DNA of 64,000 bases from contig JBPOGI010000001.1 of assembly GCA_051251855.1 (NCBI GenBank), positions 1,088,001 through 1,152,000 on the forward strand, read 5' to 3'. The stretch comes from Roseibacillus sp. (GTDB lineage Bacteria > Verrucomicrobiota > Verrucomicrobiia > Verrucomicrobiales > Akkermansiaceae). Under the pieces are notes generated by a model. It saw only the letters and a list, made by a program, of their open reading frames with translations. It did not search any database and had not been told where the DNA came from. A program made the translations under genes and the position numbers. Position 1 is the first letter of the stretch. Every line of letters begins with the position of its first letter. Shown here in pieces: positions 1 to 7,940 of the stretch.

Positions 1-738
1 ACCTGAGAGAGGTGAGAGGAGATGATTATCCTTCCCCGCCGCACTCAGCCGATGCCCTGATCCTGATGAGACAGCTAAGCTGCGGCTTTGCAGGGAGAAT
101 GACTGGAGAACTCTCTTTGTTGCTGAAGGATGTCGAATCTCGATTTCGAAAGGGCCTCCTATGGCGCGATACTCGCCCAGATTCACTAAGGCAGAGTGCA
201 CCCCTTGGCTTTTTAGGAAGAGAGCCAATCGGTCGGTGGCGAATCCCTGAGCAACTGCGTTGAGGGTGAGCTGAGTCCCATTGAGTTCAACTCTACTGGG
301 ACTGATTCCGACTCTCGCAAAATCCACCTTCCTGCGTGCTTGAACTCGTTCCACCTCGGTCGGCTCATTGCCCAATCGATTCCTTTCACTCAGCCAACTC
401 CAGTAGCTTTGAACTGTAGGATCAAAGAGGCCCTTGCTGAGGCGGTGAAGGCTGCTGCATTTTGCTAGAATCTCTAGCAGTTCATTGGAAGGTGACGACG
501 AGCTACCCGTCGAGTTCAAAAGAGCGAGTTCGGACGAAGGCTCATAGAGAGAAAGTATCAGCTCAAGCTTCCTGACCTCCGCCGTGATCGCCTTGTTGAG
601 ACTACGATCAGAGTGATAGCGAATACTGACTGGGTTATGAAACAAGACTCCTTTCCAAATGGTCTCAGCTACCTTTTCACCGCATCCGTAGTAGAACGGA
701 GTGGTGGCGAGTAAGGGCAGCAGTCTTCGACGCGTCAT
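1..738 (-). CDS. apbE: FAD:protein FMN transferase (ApbE/NosX family), runs off the left edge of the window
   Basis: Not in the ORF track; translated by hand from ATG 738: MTRRRLLPLLATTPFYYGCGEK...LSLYEPSSELALLN...GLFDPTVQSYW...LTLNAVAQGFATDRL...LVNLGEYRAIG...LAVSSGSG...HLLSPLSG. These are ApbE motifs (S..SE...LN, G.FDPTV, L.L..xA.G...D, H..xP..G). ATGA overlap with the upstream gene. Confidence 0.88.
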   Translation of the reverse strand, partial: MTRRRLLPLLATTPFYYGCGEKVAETIWKGVLFHNPVSIRYHSDRSLNKAITAEVRKLELILSLYEPSSELALLNSTGSSSSPSNELLEILAKCSSLHRLSKGLFDPTVQSYWSWLSERNRLGNEPTEVERVQARRKVDFARVGISPSRVELNGTQLTLNAVAQGFATDRLALFLKSQGVHSALVNLGEYRAIGGPFEIEIRHPSATKRVLQSFSLQSRSLAVSSGSGHRLSAAGKDNHLLSPLSG

Positions 739-1460
739 GAGGAAGTCCTAGTTCTTTTTTTTCGAGAAAGTGCCAGCCCTGTGAGAGAAACAACGATAAG
801 CCCCACAGTTGATAGAGTAAGAACCCATTTTCCAAACCCACCTAAGAAGGCAAACTTATGAAGATCTAGCAGAACGCGGCTAAAGGAAATGGGTGTTTCT
901 GAAGCCAGAGTCCTCTGAAGATCGTTGCGGTCTTCTTTCGACAAAGGGACCAGTCGCGCCCCTATAACAACACCTGAAGATTGCGGCGAAAATTCGAGTA
1001 AATCTTCATCAAATCGGAAGACGCCCTGAGCGGTCTTGAGCGTTCGTGAAGGTTCCGTCTGGATGGCCTCGATTGGGATGCCTGGAAGAGAGGCTTCATC
1101 AAGGCTATCAATCAGTTCGCCTTGTGGTCCAAGAAGATAAAGATGCTCCCTAGTGGCGACGAGAAGGTCGGGGCCAAGCTCCGACGCTCCGACTAACTTG
1201 CCAGAGAAAGGGAGGAGGCCCGCATCGAGAAAAAGACTTCCTCCCCATCCCGAGATACGACGGCTGCCCACTTCGCACCGAAATCCCGGTTCGGAAGGAG
1301 GCTCGAGGTAGAAGGAAGTGAGAAATGGGGAACTGAGATAACGCTGATCCAATCTCAGCTCCGCACTGTGATTAAGAATAACACCCGTGAGACACAGCCA
1401 CAAAAGCGGTAGGGCAAGGATAAGCCCGAGGAGTCGATGGTAGCGTCTTCTAGCTCTCAC
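735..1460 (-). CDS. PepSY-associated TM helix protein (putative heme-b membrane electron-transfer subunit)
   Basis: N-terminal RRYHRLLGL...LTGVILNH and C-terminal LLDLH...LSLTG helices, typical of PepSY_TM; conserved His residues; translationally coupled to both neighbours. Confidence 0.8.
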   Translation of the reverse strand: MRARRRYHRLLGLILALPLLWLCLTGVILNHSAELRLDQRYLSSPFLTSFYLEPPSEPGFRCEVGSRRISGWGGSLFLDAGLLPFSGKLVGASELGPDLLVATREHLYLLGPQGELIDSLDEASLPGIPIEAIQTEPSRTLKTAQGVFRFDEDLLEFSPQSSGVVIGARLVPLSKEDRNDLQRTLASETPISFSRVLLDLHKFAFLGGFGKWVLTLSTVGLIVVSLTGLALSRKKRTRTSS

Positions 1461-1966
1461 TTTATAGCATCAAGATAGAGCGCTACTCGGCCCAATCGGT
1501 CAAGAGCGCGAACCGAAAGAGTGGCTCCCGCGATATTTCGAATTTGCTGAGTGAGCCGACCACTCGAATCGAGAGAAGCCCCTTTGAACTGTTTGCAAAA
1601 ACCTTTGCCGGCAACTTCGTAACCGTGGCTTTCGCGATAGATGAGTACTTTGACTTGTTCAATGCGATTACCACTCACCACGTATCCCGTGGTAATAGGT
1701 TCGGTCTTTCCAATTTCTTCCAAGATCCAAGCCGTTTTCTGCCCCTGACTCCAGTAGCGCACCTTGGAAGTGCGATAGGAGTGACCGAGTAAACGCTGGA
1801 TACGTGTTTGGTGCTTGGAGCCTAAAGTGAGGGCTTGGGTGGGTGGGAGACTGGCTCCAAAGACAGACTTAAGAAAGTCAGACGGCTTCTGATAGACGCG
1901 CTCGCCCGCGAAAATCGACGCAGAAGAAACAAGTAAGAAGAGGAGAATTTTTCGGCAAAAGGTCAT
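1457..1966 (-). CDS. Exported FMN-binding domain protein (flavinylation substrate)
   Basis: Signal peptide, YRESHGYEV...F..QF.G and a C-terminal IAGATLS variant of the [S/T]GA[S/T] FMN-attachment motif. Confidence 0.85.
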   Translation of the reverse strand: MTFCRKILLFLLVSSASIFAGERVYQKPSDFLKSVFGASLPPTQALTLGSKHQTRIQRLLGHSYRTSKVRYWSQGQKTAWILEEIGKTEPITTGYVVSGNRIEQVKVLIYRESHGYEVAGKGFCKQFKGASLDSSGRLTQQIRNIAGATLSVRALDRLGRVALYLDAIK

Positions 1967-1992
1967 GAGAAAAAATGGGGTGTAGAACGCTG

Positions 1993-2032
1993 AAAAAGCG
2001 GCCCGCTCTCTCGGAAGAAAAGCGAGCTGCTT
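1993..2032 (-). terminator. Hairpin plus U-tract after the porin gene (terminator or mRNA-stabilising stem)
   Basis: Minus strand reads AAGCAGCTCGCT-TTTCTTCCGAGAG-AGCGGGCCGCTT-TTT. Confidence 0.55.
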
Positions 2033-2057
2033 GGAATAACAAGAGAATCAGGCTGAG

Positions 2058-3398
2058 TTAGAAGCTGTATCCAACGCCGAGGTTGAGGAGGCTCTCCACC
2101 TTATCTTCTTCGTCGATGATGTGGCTGTAGTCAGCTTTCAGAACAACGTTGTCAATAGGCCAATAGTTGACCCCGATATCGAACTGGTCAAAGGCTCCGC
2201 CTCCATTGTTGTTATTGAAGCCAACGCCCATGCTATCAGTTCCCACATTGCGCCGTGCAAACTCATAGTGACTATAGCGAGCAAAGACCCCCACCTTTTG
2301 GTCACCCGCAAAGTTCCAAGTGTAAGAAGGCTCAATATAGCCACCCCATTGATGGTCGGCGTCATTAGCCTCGAAGGAATCTCCATCAATATGCCAAGAG
2401 GCGAGCAGGGCCTTGAGACCGAAGCCACCGCTTTGATAAACAGCAGTTCCACCCACAAGTAACGCTGAGTTATCTTCGTCTGATGTGGTTTGAGTGATGT
2501 CGTTTTGATACTGGGCGAAAGCACTCAACGAGAGACCCGGAACGCCATTGTAACGAATACGTGCTGTGACAGCGGGATCTTCGGCGGCGGCTTCCGCTAC
2601 TTTTTGACGACCGGAACGAATGCGGAAAGCACTGCTACCTGTGGTTGAGACATTCAAGCCCGAGTGCACAGCAAGGTCCCAGCCCAGTCCGCTGTCTAAA
2701 GTTTGAGAAGCGCCTGCTCCTGCTTCCCACCAAGTGGTCGGGATGATGTTGCTCTCCACACGGTTTCGTTCCACTCCAAAAAAGGTGTTCGGCTCGTGTG
2801 TCTCGTTGAGCAATCCGATAGGCAGAAGAAAGAGACCAGCCTTCGCGCTGAGACCATGGTCAAGGGTGAAGTCAATATAGGCTTGTTCTAACTCAACTTC
2901 TCCCGGCTTTCCCTCACCAGCCAGCGAGTGCTCTAGCTCAAATTCGGAGTAAAGTTTGATGCGGTCAGAAAAGGAATGATTCACGAAAAGAACCCAACGA
3001 TGAAAGTCGATCTGATTGTTATCTCCACCACCGAGGTCGCGATTAAGATGAAGCTCACCATAGCCTCCGATCTGGGTGTTGCGTGCCCAATCGAGCCCAA
3101 AATCACGTGTTGCGCCGCTTGCTCCAAAATCAGTAGTTGCGGTAGGATTTGTGGCTCCTGAAGACGAAGGTGTTGCGGCACCGTAAAGCGAATCAATATC
3201 ATCATCAGACGATGGCTCACTGATGGATTGGCTTAGATCAGAACTTTGTTTTTCAAGCGGTCCATATTTCTGTTCGTAAGCGTTTACTTTGCCTTCGAGC
3301 TTTTCAAGACGAGCGGCGAGCTCCTCTACCGTCACCGCCGAAGTCGGCAGCGTGGCGAGCAAGAAAGCCAATAGCGTGTGTTGGGTGGCTAATTTCAT
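2058..3398 (-). CDS. Outer-membrane porin (OprO/P-like beta-barrel with N-terminal coiled coil)
   Basis: Signal peptide, coiled coil, IGGYGELH, FELEH...GEVELEQAY, HEP.TF.GVER, and a C-terminal GVGYSF BAM-type ending. Confidence 0.85.
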   Translation of the reverse strand: MKLATQHTLLAFLLATLPTSAVTVEELAARLEKLEGKVNAYEQKYGPLEKQSSDLSQSISEPSSDDDIDSLYGAATPSSSGATNPTATTDFGASGATRDFGLDWARNTQIGGYGELHLNRDLGGGDNNQIDFHRWVLFVNHSFSDRIKLYSEFELEHSLAGEGKPGEVELEQAYIDFTLDHGLSAKAGLFLLPIGLLNETHEPNTFFGVERNRVESNIIPTTWWEAGAGASQTLDSGLGWDLAVHSGLNVSTTGSSAFRIRSGRQKVAEAAAEDPAVTARIRYNGVPGLSLSAFAQYQNDITQTTSDEDNSALLVGGTAVYQSGGFGLKALLASWHIDGDSFEANDADHQWGGYIEPSYTWNFAGDQKVGVFARYSHYEFARRNVGTDSMGVGFNNNNGGGAFDQFDIGVNYWPIDNVVLKADYSHIIDEEDKVESLLNLGVGYSF

Positions 3399-3410
3399 AA
3401 GCTGCTGAAC

Positions 3411-3437
3411 TGCTATTGAGACTCGGTATCAATAGCA
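3411..3437. promoter_or_regulatory. Palindromic operator, Fur-box-like
   Basis: TGCTATTGA-N9-TCAATAGCA perfect 9-bp inverted repeat, 13-39 nt upstream of the porin ATG; 19-bp core ATTGAGACTCGGTATCAAT. Confidence 0.65.
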
Positions 3438-3884
3438 AGCGGAAACAAAAGAATTGAGCAAATAAAATGAGTCCTGAGAGCGAACTACCGGACTCTAAGC
3501 GCTCTCTGTGGCTAAAATCTTCGCCTTTTGCAGAGCTAGGACACAGATAAGGAACTCTAGGACAATTATATCGAGGGTGAGAATTCTTGAAAAATTGTCG
3601 CTTGAGTGCGTAAGCCGCAAAAACGCCAGTTCTATGAGGGTCAAAGTCTGATTCCAAAAGCCACTCGAAGGTGGCGGTATCTAGATAATCCGCACTAGTC
3701 GCGAAACATCATGCATTCACGTTCAGGAGTTCTGAACAAGGCTGGGCAAAATTGAGCAAAAGATTCAGGCAGGCACTTCTTGAGCTGAAACAATGGCTTC
3801 GCCAACATTATCAACATCTAGTCGACGAGTTGCGACATTGCATCCGATCGATGCGTTTCTTAACAGCATTAACAGCAGTCGCAA

Positions 3885-3900
3885 TGGCCTTGCACTTGCA
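3885..3900 (+). promoter_or_regulatory. Sigma54-type (-24/-12) promoter
   Basis: TGGC-CTTGCAC-TTGCA matches TGGC-N7-TTGCW. Upstream are an inverted pair TTGCGAC/GTCGCAA and a direct repeat TAACAGCA x2. Confidence 0.5.
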
Positions 3901-4196
3901 AACGGTTCGCGAAGCCAATGTGATTTCTCCAAAGGTGTCTAAAGCCATGCCATAGCGCAGTTGTGATTAACTGCACCAGACACCGGCGACGCTAATAATG
4001 CGAACGTGATTCATGGCGGAACATTCAGGAAGAGTGTGGAGCCGTGGTAAGAACTGAGTGCGGGGACAACACCGAATTCCTTAAGAGCCTTTGAAAGCAG
4101 ATTGGAACTGGAGGAGACACTTCGGAAGAGGGGAAATTAAATTGAGAGCGCTTGAGGAAAAGAGGAGCCCACTTCTTGGCTATTCGCCAATTATCA

Positions 4197-4224
4197 ATTC
4201 CGCATTACATTTATTATGCGAAGT
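4197..4224. other. dif-like Xer/tyrosine-recombinase site (11-6-11)
   Basis: ATTCCGCATTA-CATTTA-TTATGCGAAGT; the reverse-strand arm ACTTCGCATAA resembles a XerC arm. Confidence 0.55.
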
Positions 4225-4395
4225 TATTAAAGCGGCAGTTGGATCAGAGGTGTAGCGAGAAACCCTTTTAGAATCGGCGCTCAGGGCTCTTTCCGTCAAC
4301 TCGTCCTGAAGCTGTCATAACATTACGCCAGCTTTTCGCGCACCCAAGTAGAGCTTGTCTTGTGAGTGGCTTTAACGTCAGGTGTCTGGGCTCAC

Positions 4396-5190
4396 ATGAA
4401 AGTTGTCGCTATTGCGAATCAGAAAGGCGGCGTTGGCAAAACGACGACTTCAATCAATCTCTCTTCCGCACTCGCGCGTGAAGGTCAGCGCGTGCTGCTC
4501 ATCGATCTCGATCCTCAGGCCAACGCGACCAGCGGACTCGGATTTCCTGCGGACGAGCATGAGTCAATTTACGCCACGCTGGTCGGTGATGACTTACTGG
4601 AATCCAAGATTCTGACTACGAGTCAGGAAAACCTTCATCTGATACCTGCTGAGATGGACTTGGCCGGTGTCGAGGTCGAATTGGTTCGATTTGACAACCA
4701 CCTGACACGCTTAACCGAAGTGTTCGAGAACTCCGAACGCGTTCAAGCGGCCTACGATTACTGCATTCTAGATACACCTCCGTCACTGGGAATTCTCATG
4801 ACCTCAGCACTGGCGGCTTCAGATGAAATTCTCATTCCGCTGCAATGCGAGTGGTTTGGCCTCGAAGGCTTGGCAAAAATCACTCGGGTTGTGAGTCAAA
4901 TTCGGGAAGCAGGCGTGAACGAGAACGTCTTTATCGAAGGGATTTTGATGACTATGTATGACGGTCGGACGAACCTCTCGCGGAGCGTAGTCGAAGAAGT
5001 TCGTAATTTCTTCCCAAGTGAGCTCTACAACACTGTGATTCCACGCACCATTCGTTTAGGCGAAGCTCCCAGCCACGGGCTGACCATTTTTGACCACGAT
5101 GGCAGCGGAATCGGCGCCCGAGCTTACCGCGAACTCGCAACCGAGTTCCTTAGGCGCCACGAGACCGAATTAAGCGCTGCTGAGCAATAA
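4396..5190 (+). CDS. parA: ParA/Soj family ATPase
   Basis: NQKGGVGKTTT deviant Walker A, DLDPQANAT, DTPPSLG, EAPSHG; start moved to ATG 4396. No parB adjacent. Confidence 0.92.
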   Translation: MKVVAIANQKGGVGKTTTSINLSSALAREGQRVLLIDLDPQANATSGLGFPADEHESIYATLVGDDLLESKILTTSQENLHLIPAEMDLAGVEVELVRFDNHLTRLTEVFENSERVQAAYDYCILDTPPSLGILMTSALAASDEILIPLQCEWFGLEGLAKITRVVSQIREAGVNENVFIEGILMTMYDGRTNLSRSVVEEVRNFFPSELYNTVIPRTIRLGEAPSHGLTIFDHDGSGIGARAYRELATEFLRRHETELSAAEQ

Positions 5191-5454
5191 CTCTTTGTGA
5201 GTCTCGGATGGGTTTTAATCAAAGAGCATCTTTGCTCGGCGAGATATCACAGACACCGCTCAAACCCTCTTCGTGACAGCATTGCAGCTTGCCGCAAGGG
5301 GCTGCGGCTTCGATAGTTGCCGCACACGGAACGCTGTCCGAATAGCTTGTTTGCGTAATTTTGCGCTTTAACTCGTTTTCCGAGAGTGTTTTAAGTGAGT
5401 TTCTGACTACTTAAATGCTAGTTTTTCCACCCTTATAAAATAGACGCCCTTCAT

Positions 5455-6495
5455 ATGATTTTTTCAAAGTTTTTTGGTCTGTTGTCGAATGACATCGGCA
5501 TTGACCTTGGCACCGCCAACACCTTGGTGAACGTCAAGGACCATGGAATCGTGCTTCGCGAACCCTCTGTGGTCGCCGTGAAAGCAGGAACAAACGAGGT
5601 GCTCGCCGTAGGTGATGATGCGAAACGGATGCTAGGCCGGACGCCTGGTAATATCGTCGCAATTCGCCCCCTTAAGGACGGTGTCATTGCCGACTTCGAG
5701 GTCACTGAAGCAATGTTGCGTCACTTTATCCGCAAGGTGAACAACAAGCGCCGCGCACGCCCACGGGTGGTGATTGCGATTCCTTCAGGAATTACCGAGG
5801 TAGAGCGCCGAGCAGTCAAAGAGTCTGCAGAGCAAGCAGGAGCCCGTGAGGTTTATCTTATCGAGGAGCCCATGGCTGCGGCAATTGGAGTCGGACTGCC
5901 AGTGCAAGACGCCTCGGGAAACATGATTGTAGATATCGGCGGCGGCACAACGGAAGTGGCTCTCATTTCTCTCTCGGGAATTGTTTATGCACGAAGTGTT
6001 CGCACCGCTGGCGATGAGCTCGACGAAGCCGTCATTCAATACATGAAGCGTGGCTACAACCTCATGATCGGAGAACGCACCGCCGAGGATATCAAAATCC
6101 GTATTGGTTCTGCTTCTGCCTTGCCAAAGGAAATCAGCATGGAAGTGAAAGGCCGCGACCTCGTTTCAGGTCTCCCCAAAACCGTGACCATTACCTCCGA
6201 AGAAATTCGCGAAGCGATGGCCGATCCCTTGGCCACTATCGTCGATGCCGTTCGAACGACTTTGGAGCGATGCCCACCAGAACTTGCCGCCGACCTCGTG
6301 GACCGCGGATTGGTTCTTGCAGGTGGTGGCGCTCTGTTGAAAGGCCTCGACAAGTTACTACGCGAGGAAACGGGACTACCGGTTCATATCGCGGAAGACC
6401 CTTTAAGCGCGGTAGCAGAAGGAACGGGCAAGGCGCTGAGCGAACTCGCCTTCTTGAAGCGTGTTACCAATACGGATTATCACTCCACTCGCTAA
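5455..6495 (+). CDS. mreB: Rod shape-determining actin MreB
   Basis: [35 protein letters not shown]. Confidence 0.97.
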   Translation: MIFSKFFGLLSNDIGIDLGTANTLVNVKDHGIVLREPSVVAVKAGTNEVLAVGDDAKRMLGRTPGNIVAIRPLKDGVIADFEVTEAMLRHFIRKVNNKRRARPRVVIAIPSGITEVERRAVKESAEQAGAREVYLIEEPMAAAIGVGLPVQDASGNMIVDIGGGTTEVALISLSGIVYARSVRTAGDELDEAVIQYMKRGYNLMIGERTAEDIKIRIGSASALPKEISMEVKGRDLVSGLPKTVTITSEEIREAMADPLATIVDAVRTTLERCPPELAADLVDRGLVLAGGGALLKGLDKLLREETGLPVHIAEDPLSAVAEGTGKALSELAFLKRVTNTDYHSTR

Positions 6496-6525
6496 AGAAT
6501 CGCCTGACGCGTCTCCGAAAGCTCT

Positions 6526-7362
6526 ATGAAACCACTCACGCTACTTGTTTTGCTGATTTTTCTCGGCGCAGGTACTTGGGTACTCACTTGGAGCCCAATG
6601 ACGGTCCGCAAAGTTCAGGAAACCTATTTCCGAGCGATTAGCCCTTTTCTAAAAAGCGGTTCTAATATTGAAAAATTCAGTCGCGAATTTGTTCGTGAAG
6701 TTGAGCACTCGGAGAATCTGCAAAGAAAGCTCGAAGCTATTCAGTCTGACTATGGTGAACTCAAGATCATTGAAGGCCGCTTTCGAGAATTAGAGCGCGA
6801 GAACATTCAGCTCAACCAAGCTCTCGGATTCAAAAAGCGCACGACCTTCGAAGTGAAGGCCGCCAAGGTCATCAAACGTCAACCGTCAACGTGGTGGGAT
6901 ACTTTAACGATCAACCGAGGAGAAAAAGACGACTTGGGAACTCAGCTCACGGTACTTGCAGAAGGCGGTTTGGTGGGGCGCATTGATCAAGCATTCGAAG
7001 ATGTAGCGAACGTCATTCTAGTGACTGACGAGAGCTGCCAAGTATCGGTCTATGTTGAAGGTTCTCCAGAGAAGGGCATTTTGAGTGGAGAGCCTGGGGA
7101 ATACGGCACCACTCCCCTTCTCCGTTTGCGCTATTTGAGCCGCAACGCAGTTATCCAACAAGGAATGAAGGTTTTCACCACGGGGCGAGGAGGGATTTTT
7201 CCTCCTGATATTCAGGTGGGAACAATCACTGAAGTCATCTCTGGAAGCTACGAGAGTGAGGCTCTTGTGAAGCCGAGCGTAGAGTTACAAAATTTGGCCG
7301 TTGTCTTTGTCCTCGCCGGAGACCAATCGGCGGCCATTAAGGAGGAAGAGCCCGAAGAATGA
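6526..7362 (+). CDS. mreC: Rod shape-determining protein MreC
   Basis: TM anchor, coiled coil, GLVGRI, TTGRGGIFPPDI.VG; follows mreB. Confidence 0.92.
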   Translation: MKPLTLLVLLIFLGAGTWVLTWSPMTVRKVQETYFRAISPFLKSGSNIEKFSREFVREVEHSENLQRKLEAIQSDYGELKIIEGRFRELERENIQLNQALGFKKRTTFEVKAAKVIKRQPSTWWDTLTINRGEKDDLGTQLTVLAEGGLVGRIDQAFEDVANVILVTDESCQVSVYVEGSPEKGILSGEPGEYGTTPLLRLRYLSRNAVIQQGMKVFTTGRGGIFPPDIQVGTITEVISGSYESEALVKPSVELQNLAVVFVLAGDQSAAIKEEEPEE

Positions 7363-7937
7363 TTCGCTATCTCCTGACGGTTTTGGTGCTGCTGTTAGTT
7401 GCCTTTATTCTGAGGCAATTCATCCCAGTGTTTCCCGAGTTTCATCATGTGCGCTTCTTTCTGGTTCCACTGATCTTCATTTGTGCCGCAGTGACCCTTG
7501 ATGTCATCGGGATGCTTCTGCTTTCCTTCGTCTGCGGGCTTCTCTGGGATGCACAGCATATCATTATGCCCGTCGTGGGCGATCCCGAGGTTTACCCAGA
7601 GATTGCAGCGACGCTGAAGTTTGGATACTCGATCTTTCTCTTCGCAATCGCTGGATTCGTGATGCAGGGGGTACAGCCTCTTTTTCGTGAGGGCAAATGG
7701 CAGGTTTCGGTCTTGGTGACGGGAGTCGCTCTCTTTCTTTACCTCTTCGTTGAAATGATGCTTCTCTCTTTTGTACGAGGTCGGGTCGCATTGACGGGAG
7801 ACACCTTGAGGTTTATCTTTTTCAGTTCGGTTCTCACCATGTTGTTCTCTCCTCTTGTCTTTCTCGTTTTATTCAAACTCGCAGATTCGTTTCAGTATCG
7901 AATGAGCTACAAAGGCCTGCGCAAAGGCCATCACTAA
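7359..7937 (+). CDS. mreD: Rod shape-determining membrane protein MreD (putative)
   Basis: Five hydrophobic helices, GLLWD motif, located between mreC and PBP2. Confidence 0.7.
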   Translation: MIRYLLTVLVLLLVAFILRQFIPVFPEFHHVRFFLVPLIFICAAVTLDVIGMLLLSFVCGLLWDAQHIIMPVVGDPEVYPEIAATLKFGYSIFLFAIAGFVMQGVQPLFREGKWQVSVLVTGVALFLYLFVEMMLLSFVRGRVALTGDTLRFIFFSSVLTMLFSPLVFLVLFKLADSFQYRMSYKGLRKGHH

Positions 7938-7940
7938 AAT

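Noticed and set aside
12..263. 83-aa plus-strand ORF
   Set aside because: It is an antisense shadow of the apbE reading frame.
3752..3955. 67-aa ORF in the intergenic gap, and the 117-aa minus-strand ORF 3304..3657
   Set aside because: TTG starts and no recognisable motifs. They overlap the putative promoter elements or the porin start.
3895..3960. c-di-GMP-I riboswitch resemblance (GCAAAC...GTCTAA...ATG...AGC)
   Set aside because: It lacks the GACGCAAAG junction and the GNRA-capped stem. Kept only as part of a generic sRNA candidate.
3440..4390. oriC next to parA
   Set aside because: I noticed only one near-match DnaA box (TTATCAACA at about 3808), there is no dnaA/dnaN/parB nearby, and the skew direction suggests a terminus rather than an origin.
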